DNA from: an uncultured Gemmatimonadaceae bacterium
GTDB lineage: Bacteria; Gemmatimonadota; Gemmatimonadetes; Gemmatimonadales; Gemmatimonadaceae
Length of the DNA stretch: 64,000 nucleotides
Direction: 5' to 3'
Assembly (NCBI GenBank): GCA_963790305.1
Contig: CAWBOC010000009.1
Coordinates: 352,001 to 416,000, forward strand
Shown here: positions 41,444 to 52,811 of the stretch, piece by piece
How the letters are laid out: each line of letters begins with the position of its first letter
How positions within the stretch are numbered: the stretch's first letter is position 1
The notes under the pieces: model-generated
Databases searched by the model: none
Seen by the model: the letters and a program-made list of their open reading frames with translations, nothing else
What the model was told of the DNA's origin: nothing
Position numbers and translations under genes: made by a program

Positions 41444-42265
41444 ATGAGTGCCCCTAATGCGCTGCAAGCGACGGCGCGCGACCTCGAGATGCTCCGTGAC
41501 GTCGCCGTTGCGGCGGCCAATGGTGCCGCGACCATCGTGCGTTCGCATCGCGGCGCCGGGGCCACCGTCGAGTGGCAGCCCAAGGGACGATCCGACTTCG
41601 TCAGCATCGTGGATACCGCCGCGGAAGAGCGCATTCGAGAAATCGTAGTGCGCGCGCTGCCCGACGCTCGCGTCATCGGCGAAGAGCTTACGCCCGAGGG
41701 TGCCGCCGGCTCCGGGATCACGTTCCTCGTCGACCCGCTCGACGGGACGACGAATTTCCTCCATGACTATCCGGAGTACGCCGTCTCGATCGCAGTCCTG
41801 GTCGATCGCGAAACGCTCGTCGGCACTGTCGTGAATGTGCCGAATCACTCCAGCTGGGTCGCCGTCGCGGGACAGGGCGCGACCGTCGACGGTCGCCCGA
41901 TTCGCGTGAGCGACATTCGCGAGCCCGCGCGCGCCCTGATCGGCACCGGCTTCCCCTTCAAGTACCCGGAGCAGATCGAACGATACGTGCGCGAGCTGCC
42001 GGTGATCATGCGGTCGACGGCGGGGATTCGCCGCGCCGGTGCAGCCGCGCTCGATCTCTGCGCCGTCGCCACCGGCCGCTTCAATGCGTTCTGGGAGCAC
42101 AGCCTCGAGGCGTGGGATTTCGCCGCCGGCGCGCTGCTCATTCGCGAGGCGGGCGGCGTCATCACTGACCTTCAGGGCGCGCCGCTCCCGCTTTCCCGAT
42201 CAGGAGCCCTGGCCGGGAATCCGTGGATGCACGAATGGATGCTCAAAGTTTTGAGTGATGTGTAG
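41444..42265 (+). CDS. suhB: Inositol monophosphatase family protein
   Basis: GEE, DPLDGTTNF, GAAALDL, WDFAAG. Confidence 0.9.
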   Translation: MSAPNALQATARDLEMLRDVAVAAANGAATIVRSHRGAGATVEWQPKGRSDFVSIVDTAAEERIREIVVRALPDARVIGEELTPEGAAGSGITFLVDPLDGTTNFLHDYPEYAVSIAVLVDRETLVGTVVNVPNHSSWVAVAGQGATVDGRPIRVSDIREPARALIGTGFPFKYPEQIERYVRELPVIMRSTAGIRRAGAAALDLCAVATGRFNAFWEHSLEAWDFAAGALLIREAGGVITDLQGAPLPLSRSGALAGNPWMHEWMLKVLSDV

Positions 42266-42267
42266 CT

Positions 42268-42356
42268 GAGGCGATCGAGGTGGTCGAGGTGCGTCGAAGT
42301 AATCCAGGTGACTTCGCCTCGTTCACCTCGAGCATCCTCGACGACCTCGACGACCT
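42268..42356. repeat. Inverted array of about 9-bp GAGGnnnTC / CCTCGA repeats (family D)
   Basis: gaggcgatc gaggtggtc gaggtgcgtc ... cctcgagcat cctcgacga cctcgacga cct. Confidence 0.75.
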
Positions 42357-42367
42357 TTGGAGAATTC

Positions 42368-43912
42368 ATGACCCGACTCATCGAGTGCGTCCCGAATTTC
42401 AGCGAAGGTCGGCGCCCAGAGGTGATCGCCGCCATCCGCGATGCGATCGCGGCCGTTGATCGTACGGCAATTCTCGACGTCTCCTCGGACGGGTCGCACA
42501 ACCGCACCGTGATCACGTTCGTCGCCTCGGCGGACACAGCGGTCGACGCCGCGTTCGCGGCTATTGCCAAAGCGCGGGATCTCATCGATCTGACGAGGCA
42601 CACCGGCGAGCATCCGCGGATGGGAGCCGCCGACGTCGTTCCGTTCGTGCCGCTCGAGGGAACGACGATGGACGAGTGCATCGCGCTGGCACGGGCGCTC
42701 GGTGAGCGGGTCGGTCGCGAGCTGGACATTCCCGTCTATCTCTACGAGCGCGCCGCTACGCGCCGAGAGCGCGAGAACCTCGCCGACGTTCGCCGCGGGG
42801 AATTCGAGGGTCTACGCGACGCCATCCCGGGCGATCCGGCACGCATGCCCGACTTCGGGCCCGCGCGCGTGCACCCCACCGCCGGAGCCGTCGCGATCGG
42901 CGCACGTCCCTTCCTCGTGGCGTACAACGTCTACCTTGGCGACAAGGAGAATCTCGCGGTGGCAAAGAAAGTCGCGAAGGCGGTGCGCGGCTCGTCAGGC
43001 GGGCTCAAGTACGTAAAGGGACTCGGGCTCGAGGTGGATGGGCAGGCGCAGGTGTCGATGAATCTCGTCGACGTCGACCAGACGCCGATGCACCGCGCGT
43101 TCGAGGCGGTGAAGATGGAAGCCGCGGCGAACGGTGTTCCGACTACCTGGAGCGAGATCGTCGGGTTGGTGCCGGAACGTGCGCTGTTCGATGCCGCAGT
43201 CCGCCACCTCCAGCTCGACCGGTTCACCCCGGACCAGGTGCTGGAGCGAAAGGTTCGCGCGGCGACGGCGCAGTGGGGTGGTGATGCTGGAGGCGAGAGC
43301 GTGTCGGGCTTCGTGGCGTCGGTCGCATCCTCCAATCCGACCCCCGGAGGCGGGTCCGTCGTCGCCCACGTCGGCGCACTCGCCGCCGCGCTCGCTCAAA
43401 TGGTCGCCGGGCTCACCGCTGGCCGAAAGAAGTACGCTGCCGTCGACGCCGAGATGCGCGACGTCGGCGCCCGCGCCGCGGCGTTAGGCTCGCGCCTGGC
43501 TGCGCTCGTACAGGCGGACGCCCGCGCGTACGGCGCGGTATCGGAGGCGTACAAGATGCCGAAGGAGCCCATGACCGCGGCGACGGCCCGGCACCAGGCG
43601 ATCGAGAAGGCACTCATCGGAGCAGCGGAGATCCCGCTGCAGACGGCGCAGTTGTGCGGCGAAGTCACCGAGATCGCGGCGGTCGTCGCGGCGCGCGGCA
43701 ACACGAACGCCGTATCCGACGCCGGTGTCGCCGCCCTGCTCGCCGATGCCGCCTGCCGCGGCGCGGCCTACAATGTCCGCATCAACGTGGCGGCGTTACC
43801 TGATCGCTCGGTCGGTGCGTCGCTGGCCGCCGAGGCGCAGCGCATCGCGGCCGACACGTCGGCGCGCGCCGCGAGCGTGGTGGAGCTGGTGGAGCGGGAG
43901 ATTGCCAAGTAG
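42368..43912 (+). CDS. ftcD: Bifunctional glutamate formiminotransferase / cyclodeaminase
   Basis: IECVPNFSEGR, HPRMGAADV, QVSMNL, PTPGGGS, GNTNAVSDAGV, NVRIN. Confidence 0.95.
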   Translation: MTRLIECVPNFSEGRRPEVIAAIRDAIAAVDRTAILDVSSDGSHNRTVITFVASADTAVDAAFAAIAKARDLIDLTRHTGEHPRMGAADVVPFVPLEGTTMDECIALARALGERVGRELDIPVYLYERAATRRERENLADVRRGEFEGLRDAIPGDPARMPDFGPARVHPTAGAVAIGARPFLVAYNVYLGDKENLAVAKKVAKAVRGSSGGLKYVKGLGLEVDGQAQVSMNLVDVDQTPMHRAFEAVKMEAAANGVPTTWSEIVGLVPERALFDAAVRHLQLDRFTPDQVLERKVRAATAQWGGDAGGESVSGFVASVASSNPTPGGGSVVAHVGALAAALAQMVAGLTAGRKKYAAVDAEMRDVGARAAALGSRLAALVQADARAYGAVSEAYKMPKEPMTAATARHQAIEKALIGAAEIPLQTAQLCGEVTEIAAVVAARGNTNAVSDAGVAALLADAACRGAAYNVRINVAALPDRSVGASLAAEAQRIAADTSARAASVVELVEREIAK

Positions 43913-43934
43913 AGGTGCTCGAGCACCTCTACTT
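43907..43934. terminator. Perfect 28-bp palindrome spanning the stop codons of convergent ftcD and infA (possible bidirectional terminator)
   Basis: AAGTAGAGGTGCTC|GAGCACCTCTACTT. No U-tract. Confidence 0.5.
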
Positions 43935-44147
43935 ATACCGATACGTAATCCGCCCTCGCGACAAATCGTACGGGCTCAGCTCCACGGCGACTTTGTCGCC
44001 TGGCAGGATCTTGATGAAGTTCGTGCGAATCTTCCCCGAGATGTAGGCGAGCACCTCGTGCCCGTTCTCCAGCTCCACCCGGAACATCGCGTTCGGAAGC
44101 GGCTCGATGATCGTGCCCGTGACCTGAATGACCCCATCTTTGGCCAA
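43929..44147 (-). CDS. infA: Translation initiation factor IF-1
   Basis: [37 protein letters not shown]. Confidence 0.97.
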   Translation of the reverse strand: MAKDGVIQVTGTIIEPLPNAMFRVELENGHEVLAYISGKIRTNFIKILPGDKVAVELSPYDLSRGRITYRYK

Positions 44148-44168
44148 ACGCAGTCTCCTCTCCCTGAG

Positions 44169-44924
44169 CTAGGCGAGCCGCGTCAGCACGCGCGGCCCAT
44201 GTTCGGTGATCGCCACCGTGTGCTCGAAGTGCGCCGATCGTGAGCCGTCAATCGTCTTGATGGTCCACCGGTCCGGCATGGTTCGCGTCTTCGCGGAACC
44301 CGCGTTCACCATCGGCTCAATGGCGATCGTCAGCCCGGGCGCGAGCCGCTCGCGACGCTTGGGCTTGCCGTAATTCGGAACCTGCGGCTCCTCGTGAAAC
44401 GCGACCCCAATGCCGTGCCCAACGAGGTCCCGCACCACGCTGAATCCCGCGTCCTCGACTACGCTTTGCACCGCTGCTCCAATGTCGCCAATGTGATTCC
44501 CCGGCTGCGCCGCGGCGATCCCCGCTTCGAGTGCTCGCTGTGTGACGTCGAGCAGCCGCTGCGATGTCTCGTCGACCTCACCGACGGCCACGGTCGTCGC
44601 GGAATCGGTGTAGTACCCCTTGTACCGCACACCCACATCGATCGACACGAGGTCACCCTCGACGAGCTGCCGTGTTCGTGAAGGGATCCCGTGCACGATC
44701 TCATCGTTGATCGACGTGCACACGCTCGCCGGGAAATCGTACAGCCCCTTGAACGCCGGCACGGCGCCCTCGTGCGAGCGAATGAAGTCCTCGGCGAGAC
44801 GATCGAGGTCGGCCGTGGTCATGCCCGGCTTCACCGCCTCGGCGAGCATCGCAACCGTCTCCGCGAGAATCCGCCCGCCCTCGGCCATCACGTCGATCTC
44901 GCGCGGCGATTTCAACTGAATCAT
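44169..44924 (-). CDS. map: Methionine aminopeptidase type I
   Basis: HGIP, GHGIG, HEEP, IEPM, SAHFEHT. Confidence 0.97.
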   Translation of the reverse strand: MIQLKSPREIDVMAEGGRILAETVAMLAEAVKPGMTTADLDRLAEDFIRSHEGAVPAFKGLYDFPASVCTSINDEIVHGIPSRTRQLVEGDLVSIDVGVRYKGYYTDSATTVAVGEVDETSQRLLDVTQRALEAGIAAAQPGNHIGDIGAAVQSVVEDAGFSVVRDLVGHGIGVAFHEEPQVPNYGKPKRRERLAPGLTIAIEPMVNAGSAKTRTMPDRWTIKTIDGSRSAHFEHTVAITEHGPRVLTRLA

Positions 44925-45556
44925 TTCGGGAGTGCGCGCACGACGCGTTCGGTCACGTCGGCCGGCGATCCCACGGCGTCCACGACGACGAGTGGGGTCT
45001 CGTTCGTGCGGTACCAGTCGATGACGGGGGCGGTCTGGTCACGGTATACGCGGAGGCGGCGACGAACGGCGTCGGGGTCGTCGTCCGTCCGCCTCACGAG
45101 CGTGCCGCCGCACTTGGGGCATGACGTGCCCGGCTCGCGCCCCGTGTAGGGCGTCTGGCAGCGATCGCAAATGGTGCGGCCCGACAGTCGGCGAACGAGC
45201 TCGTCGTCAGGTACCTCGAACAGGAGGACTGCATCGACCTGGCGGCCCAGCTCGCCGAGCACACGCTCGAGCCCCTCCGCCTGCGGCACGGTGCGAACGA
45301 CACCATCGAGAATGACGCCGCGCGCCATCTCCGGACGCTTGAACGTCTCCTTCATGATGCCGAGGATCACCTCGTCGGGAACGAGCTCGCCACGGTCCAT
45401 GTAGCCCTGAGCGGCCTTTCCCATCGCCGTGCCTTCGCGCACCGCCCCGCGCAGCACGTCCCCGGTTGCAATCTTCGGAATCCCGAGGCGCTGCGCAACG
45501 GGCTCGGCCTGAGTTCCTTTGCCTGCGCCGGGCGGCCCAAGGAGGACGATGATCAT
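44921..45556 (-). CDS. adk: Adenylate kinase (Zn LID)
   Basis: GPPGAGKGTQ, CDRC...CPKC. Confidence 0.96.
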   Translation of the reverse strand: MIIVLLGPPGAGKGTQAEPVAQRLGIPKIATGDVLRGAVREGTAMGKAAQGYMDRGELVPDEVILGIMKETFKRPEMARGVILDGVVRTVPQAEGLERVLGELGRQVDAVLLFEVPDDELVRRLSGRTICDRCQTPYTGREPGTSCPKCGGTLVRRTDDDPDAVRRRLRVYRDQTAPVIDWYRTNETPLVVVDAVGSPADVTERVVRALPK

Positions 45557-45563
45557 GGGGCGA

Positions 45564-45623
45564 CGAATGCGGAATGCGGAATGCGGAAAAAAACATGAGT
45601 CCGCATTCCGCATTCCGTATTCG
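45564..45623. repeat. Family A heptamer palindrome
   Basis: 24-bp arms, 23/24 complementary. Confidence 0.9.
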
Positions 45624-45643
45624 AAACAAGGCCCAAATGCGAG

Positions 45644-47026
45644 TTAGGCAAGGAGGGTCGCAGTCGTCCCAGCGAGCGCCGCGATGATCGCAATCCCCAT
45701 AGCCGGTGCCCCGCGACCCCGGAACCGCACGCGCCCGCCCTTCTTCATGAAGCTGTCGTACTTCCGGAGAAGGAGCGCCTCCTGGAACTTCTGCACCGTA
45801 TCGAGGCCCACGCCGACGACGATCAGCAGCGAGGTTCCGCCGAACTGGAAAGGCACGTTGAAGAGTCCGGCGATCCAGATCGGCAGGAGTGCGACGAGCG
45901 TCAGGAAGACCGCGCCCGGCAGCGTGATGCGACTCACGACGTGGTCGATGTATTCGGCCGTCTTTGCGCCCGGCTTCACGCCCGGTATGAACCCGCCCTG
46001 CTTCTTCAGGTTCTCCGCAATGTCGATCGGGTTGAAGATGATCGACGTGTAGAAGTACGTGAAGAAGAGGATCAGGACCGCCGATAGCAGGAAGTACAGC
46101 GGCGTACCGGGATTGAAGTACTCCGCCATGGTCTGGAGCCGGGGGTTGCCGCTGAACTGCGCGATAGTCCCCGGCACGACGATCAGTGATTGCGCGAAGA
46201 TGATGGGCATGACGTTCGCCGCATTCATCCGCAGGGGGATGAAGTTCCGCGCCGCTTCCCGCATCCGCCCGCGGCCCATCGCCCGCTGCGGGATCTGTAT
46301 CTGGACCCGCCGCGCCGCCACCGTGATCGCGACCGTTGCCGCGACGACGAGAATCATCATGACGATAAGCACCACCAGCTTGAGCGGCGCCAGCGCTCCC
46401 GTCGTGACGAAGTTCAACGTCTGGAAGATGCCGGGCCAAATGCGCTCGACGATCGAGAAGAAGATCAGGAGGCTCGCGCCATTCCCAATGCCGCGCTCCG
46501 TGATCTGCTCGCCGAGCCACATGACGAAGATCGCGCCCGTCGTCAGGAAGAGCGTCATCTGGACCTGATGGCCGAAGCCCGGGAACCGCACGGCCCCCTG
46601 CAGCGACTCGGTGAACAGGGCGAAGCCATACCCCTGGATCATCGCGATGACGACCGTTCCATAACGAGTCCACTGCGTGATCTTCTTTCGGCCCTCCTCG
46701 TCCTTCTGCATCTTCTCCACGGTGGGGATGACCGCCCCCGCCAACTGGAAGAGGATGCTCGACGAGATGTACGGCATGATGCCGAGCGCGAAGAGCGTGG
46801 CGCGCGACAGACCGCCCCCGACGAACAGATCGTAGAGGCCGAGCAGTCCGCCCTGGCCCTGCGCCGCGAAGAAATCGCGGAGGGCGACGACGTCAATGCC
46901 CGGCGCCGTGACGTGCGCGCCGACGCGATAGATGAGCAGACACAGAAGCGTGAAGAGGATCTTCTGCTTCAGCTCCGGCGTGCGGAACAGATTGCCGACG
47001 GCCGCGGCGGGATTCGTCTGCGCCAT
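45644..47026 (-). CDS. secY: Preprotein translocase SecY
   Basis: [40 protein letters not shown]. Confidence 0.98.
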   Translation of the reverse strand: MAQTNPAAAVGNLFRTPELKQKILFTLLCLLIYRVGAHVTAPGIDVVALRDFFAAQGQGGLLGLYDLFVGGGLSRATLFALGIMPYISSSILFQLAGAVIPTVEKMQKDEEGRKKITQWTRYGTVVIAMIQGYGFALFTESLQGAVRFPGFGHQVQMTLFLTTGAIFVMWLGEQITERGIGNGASLLIFFSIVERIWPGIFQTLNFVTTGALAPLKLVVLIVMMILVVAATVAITVAARRVQIQIPQRAMGRGRMREAARNFIPLRMNAANVMPIIFAQSLIVVPGTIAQFSGNPRLQTMAEYFNPGTPLYFLLSAVLILFFTYFYTSIIFNPIDIAENLKKQGGFIPGVKPGAKTAEYIDHVVSRITLPGAVFLTLVALLPIWIAGLFNVPFQFGGTSLLIVVGVGLDTVQKFQEALLLRKYDSFMKKGGRVRFRGRGAPAMGIAIIAALAGTTATLLA

Positions 47027-47027
47027 G

Positions 47028-47496
47028 TTACGCCTCGACGCGGCCTCCCGCCGCGAGAATCTGCTCCCGAGCCGCCGCGCTCATCTCTGATGCCGCGCAC
47101 CGTCACGGGACGCGTGAGCTTGCCGTTGGCGAGCACCTTGGCCGGACCCTTCCGGCTATGCACCCAGCCCTTCTCGGCAAGCGCTTCCTGCGTCACCTCG
47201 GTCCCCTCGGGCCAATGGTTCAGTGCATCCAGGGTAACGACCTGGTGCTCCACGCGAAACTCATTGGTGAATCCGCGCTTCGGCAGCCGCCGCGTGAGCG
47301 GCATCTGACCGCCCTCGAAGTGGGGCTTGCCGCCACCCGGTCCGCCATGGCCCGCGCGCGCCTTGCTCCCCTTGTGACCCTTGCCGGACGTCTTGCCCGT
47401 ACCGGAGCCCGGCCCGCGCCCAACGCGCTTGCGGTTCCAATGCGAGCCCCGCGCGGGACTCAGGTTGTCCAGTCCAACTCTGGTCGGCTTCCTCAC
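47028..47496 (-). CDS. rplO: 50S protein L15, apparent frameshift near 47085
   Basis: [23 protein letters not shown]. Removing one base restores the ending [18 protein letters not shown]. Confidence 0.93.
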
Positions 47497-47500
47497 GATG

Positions 47501-47755
47501 TCACTCCTTCACCGGCGTCACCTTCACCAGGTGACGCACTTGCTTGATCATGCCGCGAAGCGACGCAGAGTCCTGCTTCACGACGACGTCCTGATGGTGT
47601 CGCAGCCCGAGCGCATCGAGCGTGGCGCGCAGCTTCTTCGGATGTCCGATGCCGCTCCGCACCTGCTCGATCAACAGGCGACCCTTGGTCGGCGCACCCA
47701 CGGGCTCCGTCTTCTTCGGGCCACGCGTGCGGTGCCAGACGAACGTTCTAGCCAT
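47501..47755 (-). CDS. rpmD: 50S protein L30 (N-terminally extended)
   Basis: QVRSGIG...TLDALGL...[10 protein letters not shown]. Confidence 0.92.
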   Translation of the reverse strand: MARTFVWHRTRGPKKTEPVGAPTKGRLLIEQVRSGIGHPKKLRATLDALGLRHHQDVVVKQDSASLRGMIKQVRHLVKVTPVKE

Positions 47756-48554
47756 GCACGACCTCCTTCCCCTTCGCGCGCGAACGATAATGGATGCTCG
47801 ACATCTCGACTCCCCGTTCGCGAGCAATCTGTTCGATCGTCGTGAGCTGCTGCAGTCCATCGAGCGCGGCGCGGACCATGTTGTGCGGGTTCGTCGAGCC
47901 CAGGCTCTTGGTGAGAATGTCCTGGACGCCCGCGCACTCGAGCACCGCGCGCACCGCACCGCCGGCAATGACACCGGCACCCGGGGCCGCCGGCTTCATC
48001 AATACCCGGCCCGCGCCATGTTGGCCCACGACCTCATGAGGAATCGTCCCTCCGGTCAGCGGCACACGGACGCGGTGACGACGCGCCGCGTCGACCGCCT
48101 TGCGAACGGCCTCCGACACCTCGTTGGCCTTCCCGGTGGCGACACCAACCTCCCCCTGCCCGTTGCCGACGGCCACGAGCGCATTGAAGGAGAACCGCCG
48201 GCCACCCTTCACGACCTTGGCGACGCGATTGATCGCGATGACGTTCTCAATGAGGTCGCTGCCTTCGCGCTCCCCGCCTGGCCCGCCACGACCGTCGCCG
48301 CGACCGCGGCCGCCGTCACGCCCTCCGCGACCATCGCCGCCGCCGCGTCCACCACGGCCGCCACCCGGTCCGCCTGGGCCGCCAGGCCCGCCACCACGAC
48401 CGCCCCCGCCACCGCCGCGCCCACCGCCGCGTCCGCCGCCGGGGCCGCCGCGTCCACGAGGTCCGCCGCGCGTACCGCCGCCGCCGCCACCACCGCGCTG
48501 GGGCTGTGACGTCTGCCCGCCGCCTTCGCCGCCGCCTTGCTGATTCTCAGCCAT
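47748..48554 (-). CDS. rpsE: 30S protein S5 with Gly/Arg-rich N-terminal extension
   Basis: [27 protein letters not shown]. Confidence 0.96.
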   Translation of the reverse strand: MAENQQGGGEGGGQTSQPQRGGGGGGGTRGGPRGRGGPGGGRGGGRGGGGGGRGGGPGGPGGPGGGRGGRGGGDGRGGRDGGRGRGDGRGGPGGEREGSDLIENVIAINRVAKVVKGGRRFSFNALVAVGNGQGEVGVATGKANEVSEAVRKAVDAARRHRVRVPLTGGTIPHEVVGQHGAGRVLMKPAAPGAGVIAGGAVRAVLECAGVQDILTKSLGSTNPHNMVRAALDGLQQLTTIEQIARERGVEMSSIHYRSRAKGKEVVHG

Positions 48555-48555
48555 G

Positions 48556-48915
48556 TCAGAACTCCAGTCCGCCCTCTCGGGCGCCATCGGCCACTGCCTT
48601 CACGCGGCCGTGATATCGGTATCCAGCGCGGTCGAAGACGACCTTCGTGATCCCCGCGTCCTTGGCCCTTGCCGCCAGGCGCTTGCCGACCTCGGCGGAC
48701 CGCTCCGTCTTCTTCCCCTCGGCGACGCCGGAATCCGAGACGGTCAAGATCGTCCGCTGTGCACCGTCGTCAACGAGCTGCGCGTAAATGTGCTTGATCG
48801 AGCGGTAGACGACGAGACGCGGACGTTCCGCGGTGCCCGTCACCTTCTTGCGCACGCGCAAATGCCGCTGGTGGCGCTTCTCGGCCCGTGTCTTCGGCTT
48901 GTGAATTGGTCTCAT
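48556..48915 (-). CDS. rplR: 50S protein L18
   Basis: [21 protein letters not shown]. Confidence 0.97.
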   Translation of the reverse strand: MRPIHKPKTRAEKRHQRHLRVRKKVTGTAERPRLVVYRSIKHIYAQLVDDGAQRTILTVSDSGVAEGKKTERSAEVGKRLAARAKDAGITKVVFDRAGYRYHGRVKAVADGAREGGLEF

Positions 48916-49454
48916 TACTTGGCTCCCGCCTTGCCCGCCTTACGACGGACCTGCTCGCCCTGATACTTGATGCCCTTCCCCTTGTATGGCTCCGGCGGAC
49001 GCAGGCTGCGCAACTCCGCCGCCACCTGCCCGACGAGCTCCTTGTCCGCGCCTTCGATGATAATCTGCGTCGGCTGCGGTGCCGTCAGCTTGATTCCCTT
49101 CGGGGCGCGGTACTCCACCGGATGCGAGAACCCGAGGGCCAGCTGCAGCCCGTACGGCCGAGCTTCCGCCTTGTAGCCGACGCCGATGATCTCGAGCTGC
49201 TTCGAGTACCCCTTGGTGACGCCGTCCACCATGTTGGCGACGAGCGTCCGGGTAAGGCCGTGCAGCGCGCGGTGGCCCGGCTCATCCGAGGGGCGGGCGA
49301 CAGTGATGTTCCCATCGTCCATCGCGATCGCCATGGACGGATGCAAGCGCCGCTCGAGCTCGCCCTTGGGACCCTTCACCTTTACCGTCTGCCCATCGAT
49401 CGTCGCCGTCACGTTCTTCGGCACGGGAATGGGCTTCTTTCCAATTCGCGACAT
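48915..49454 (-). CDS. rplF: 50S protein L6
   Basis: [14 protein letters not shown]. Confidence 0.98.
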   Translation of the reverse strand: MSRIGKKPIPVPKNVTATIDGQTVKVKGPKGELERRLHPSMAIAMDDGNITVARPSDEPGHRALHGLTRTLVANMVDGVTKGYSKQLEIIGVGYKAEARPYGLQLALGFSHPVEYRAPKGIKLTAPQPTQIIIEGADKELVGQVAAELRSLRPPEPYKGKGIKYQGEQVRRKAGKAGAK

Positions 49455-49464
49455 CGTTCCTCTC

Positions 49465-49866
49465 CTACCAGACCACGGCGAGCAGCTCGCCGCCGGTGCG
49501 CGCCTGACGAGCCTGGCGATCGGTCATCAGCCCCTGTGAGGTGCTGAGGATCGCCATCCCGAGGCCGTTGCGGATTCGCGGGATCTCGCTCACGCCGACG
49601 TAGCGACGGAGTCCCGGCGTCGAGACACGCTTCAGCTCGCGGATGACCGGCTGCTCCCCCGCGGCGTACTTGAGGTACACGCGCAGGAGCTTCCGGCCTT
49701 CCTCGGTGTCGAGGACCTTGAAGTCCTTGATGTAGGCGTTGTCGAGGAGGATCTTCGCGATCTCCACCTTCATCTTCGACGCCGGCATGTCCACGCGGCG
49801 ATGCTTCGAGCCGCACGCATTGCGGATGCGCGTGAGCATGTCGGCGATCGGATCAGTCATTGACAT
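49465..49866 (-). CDS. rpsH: 30S protein S8
   Basis: [26 protein letters not shown]. Confidence 0.98.
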   Translation of the reverse strand: MSMTDPIADMLTRIRNACGSKHRRVDMPASKMKVEIAKILLDNAYIKDFKVLDTEEGRKLLRVYLKYAAGEQPVIRELKRVSTPGLRRYVGVSEIPRIRNGLGMAILSTSQGLMTDRQARQARTGGELLAVVW

Positions 49867-49943
49867 TCTGTCGTGTCCCTCGTCCCGTCGTATCTCTCCT
49901 TCGCTGGAGAGACGTGCGGAAATTCAATGTGAGTCCCTCAGAC

Positions 49944-49997
49944 TGCGGAAATCGGAATGCGGAAGTTGTTGCAAGGTTCCGCATTCCGTATTCCGCA
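49944..49997. repeat. Family A heptamer palindrome
   Basis: TGCGGAAATCGGAATGCGGAA / TTCCGCATTCCGTATTCCGCA. Confidence 0.9.
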
Positions 49998-50003
49998 TTC
50001 GTG

Positions 50004-50189
50004 TCACCAGCTGGCCTTCCGCACTCCGGGAATCATCCCGGAGAGCGCCAGATCGCGGAAGCAGATGCGGCAAATGCCGAACTTCCGCAGATACGCGCGC
50101 GAGCGCCCGCAGCGCTGACAGCGGTTGTGCTGCCGCACGCCGAACTTCGGCTTGCGCTTCGACTTTTCGACCATGGCCTTACGAGCCAT
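50004..50189 (-). CDS. rpsN: 30S protein S14, Zn-binding type Z
   Basis: CQRCGR...CRICFR, 61 aa. Confidence 0.97.
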   Translation of the reverse strand: MARKAMVEKSKRKPKFGVRQHNRCQRCGRSRAYLRKFGICRICFRDLALSGMIPGVRKASW

Positions 50190-50227
50190 TCGCCTTCCTC
50201 TCTCTGTTCAGCTTCGTGAACTTCTGC

Positions 50228-50312
50228 AGACGTCAGGATGCAGACGTCAGGGTTCAGGTTTCAGGTTCCGCGCTTCTGACAACTGACGTCTGACGTCTGA
50301 TCCCTGACGTCT
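50228..50312. repeat. Inverted array of (ACGT)CAG heptamers (family E)
   Basis: agacgtcag gatgcag acgtcag ggttcag gtttcag / ctgacaa ctgacgt ctgacgt ctgatcc ctgacgtct. Confidence 0.85.
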
Positions 50313-50334
50313 TCGGAAGTTGCCCCTGCCGTTC

Positions 50335-50985
50335 TCACGTCGAGACCACGATTGGCTTGTCGTCACCGCGGAATGGCATGCCCAACTCTCTCAAGAGTGC
50401 AAACGCCTGATCGTCGCGGGGCGTGCTGGTCACGAACGTGATGTCCATGCCGTGCACCTGCTCGACCTGGTCGTAGTTGATCTCCGGGAAGATCACCTGC
50501 TCCTTGAGGCCGAGCGAGAAGTTGCCGCGACCGTCGAACGAGCGCGTGTTCACGCCGCGGAAATCGCGGATGCGTGGCATCGCCACGTTCAAGAGGCGAT
50601 CGAGGAACTCCCACATCCGCGCGCCGCGCAGCGTCACGCTGGCACCGATCTCCTGGCCTTCCCGCAGCCCGAAGTTCGAGATCGACTTCTTCGCCCGCGT
50701 GCGCACGGCCCGCTGGCCGGTGATCAGGCCCAGCTCGTTGACCACACTGTCCAGCATCTTGGGCTGCTTCACTGCCTCGCCGAGCCCCACGTTGACCACG
50801 ATCTTCTCGAGCTTCGGGATCTCGTGCGTGTTCGTGTAGCCGAACTGCTGCATGAGCCGCTGCCGCAACGTCGTCTCGTAGTACTCCTTGAGCCGCGGCT
50901 TCGGCGCCGGCGTGTCCACGCCGCGATGCGGCTTCTCGACGGCCTGCGCGTCGGCCTTCTTCTGCTTCTTTTCCTTGGTTGCCAT
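50335..50985 (-). CDS. rplE: 50S protein L5
   Basis: [25 protein letters not shown]. Confidence 0.98.
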   Translation of the reverse strand: MATKEKKQKKADAQAVEKPHRGVDTPAPKPRLKEYYETTLRQRLMQQFGYTNTHEIPKLEKIVVNVGLGEAVKQPKMLDSVVNELGLITGQRAVRTRAKKSISNFGLREGQEIGASVTLRGARMWEFLDRLLNVAMPRIRDFRGVNTRSFDGRGNFSLGLKEQVIFPEINYDQVEQVHGMDITFVTSTPRDDQAFALLRELGMPFRGDDKPIVVST

Positions 50986-50999
50986 CGCTTCCTCTCTGC

Positions 51000-51398
51000 T
51001 CAGCGCTTGCGGGGAATCGCATCCCCGCTCTTCACGCTGATGCGCTCCTTCGTTCCGTCGTCATCGAGGCGCGCACGCACCCGCGTCGGCGCTCCGGACT
51101 TCGGATCGATCAGCATGACATTGGACGCGTGCACCGGCGCGGGGAAATCGATAATGCCGCTCTGCTCGTTCTCGCGCCGTGCCTTGCGGTGCTTCTTGAC
51201 AATGTTCACGCCCTCGATCGTGACGCGCCCCGTCTTGGGATAGACGCGCAGGACCTTTCCTTCTTTGCCCTTGTCATCGCCGCGCATCACCCGGACGGTG
51301 TCCCCCCGCGTGACGTGCAGCTTCATCCGCTCGGCGTTCAGCTCGTGGCGGCGGCGGTTCTTCAGCCGATCCGCCTTGCGGTACGTCAGGATCCGCAT
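51000..51398 (-). CDS. rplX: 50S protein L24
   Basis: GDTV.V..GDDKGK.G, HASNV. Confidence 0.95.
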   Translation of the reverse strand: MRILTYRKADRLKNRRRHELNAERMKLHVTRGDTVRVMRGDDKGKEGKVLRVYPKTGRVTIEGVNIVKKHRKARRENEQSGIIDFPAPVHASNVMLIDPKSGAPTRVRARLDDDGTKERISVKSGDAIPRKR

Positions 51399-51399
51399 A

Positions 51400-51768
51400 C
51401 TAGAGCACCTCCGGCGCGAGCGAGACGATCTTCATGAACTTCTTCTCGCGCAGCTCGCGTGCGACCGGACCGAAGATACGCGTCGCGCGCGGCTCGCCGG
51501 CCTCGTTGATGATGACCACCGCGTTCTCGTCGAACCGGATGTAGCTGCCATCCTTGCGGCGCGTCTCCTTCGCCGTGCGCACGACCACCGCGCGCGCGAC
51601 ATCGGACTTCTTCACCGTACCGTTGGGGAGCGCATCCTTGACCGCGACGATCACCTGATCGCCGAGCCCGGCGTAACGCCGTCGTGTTCCCCCCAGCACG
51701 CGGATCACGAGCGCGCGCTTGGCGCCCGAGTTGTCCGCCACCTTGACTACCGATTCCTGCTGAATCAT
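51400..51768 (-). CDS. rplN: 50S protein L14
   Basis: [23 protein letters not shown]. Confidence 0.98.
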   Translation of the reverse strand: MIQQESVVKVADNSGAKRALVIRVLGGTRRRYAGLGDQVIVAVKDALPNGTVKKSDVARAVVVRTAKETRRKDGSYIRFDENAVVIINEAGEPRATRIFGPVARELREKKFMKIVSLAPEVL

Positions 51769-51780
51769 GGCTCGTCTCCC

Positions 51781-52065
51781 TTACCGCGCGCGCTCGATGA
51801 TCTCGACGACACGCCACCGCTTGTCCTTCGACAGCGGCCGGGTCTCCATGATGCGCACGCGGTCGCCGGTCTTGGCGGCGTTCTCCTCGTCATGCGCCTT
51901 CAGCCGCTTCGTCCGGGTGACCATCTTCCCGTACAGCGGGTGCGGAAACCGACGCTCGATCGCGACGACCACCGTCTTCTGCATCTTGTCGCTCACCACG
52001 ACGCCCACACGGGATTTCCGCGTGCCGCGCGTCGAGGTGCTCTCGTTCTTCATCATCTCGGCCAT
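51781..52065 (-). CDS. rpsQ: 30S protein S17
   Basis: [21 protein letters not shown]. Confidence 0.98.
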   Translation of the reverse strand: MAEMMKNESTSTRGTRKSRVGVVVSDKMQKTVVVAIERRFPHPLYGKMVTRTKRLKAHDEENAAKTGDRVRIMETRPLSKDKRWRVVEIIERAR

Positions 52066-52083
52066 GTCCCTGATCGCTCCTGA

Positions 52084-52369
52084 CTAGCGGCCACGGCGGG
52101 CAGTCGCCCGCTTCGTCTTCGTCGTCTTGGTTGCACGCTTCGTCTTCGGAGCCTTGGTTTCCCTCGACCCCCCCAATGGTGCTGGTGCGGTGATGCCCTT
52201 CTGTCGTTCCGTCAATACCGTCATCATGCGCGCGATGTCCTTCCGGAGATCACGCAGCCGGTGCGGCTGCTCCAGCGGTTGCGTTGCCGCCCGCAGGCGC
52301 AGTCGGAAGCGCTCTTCCCGAAGCTCGGCGATCCGGTCCTGCAGCTCCTGATCGTTGAGCTCGCGTATC

Positions 52370-52383
<14 letters not shown>
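52084..52383 (-). CDS. rpmC: 50S protein L29 with basic C-terminal tail
   Basis: EIREL...ERFRLR...RKDIARMMT. Confidence 0.93.
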
Positions 52384-52801
<418 letters not shown>

Positions 52802-52811
52802 CGGTCGATCC

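Noticed and set aside
48280..48540. GC-rich tandem repeats as a non-coding repeat
   Set aside because: They encode the Gly/Arg-rich N-terminus of S5, in frame.
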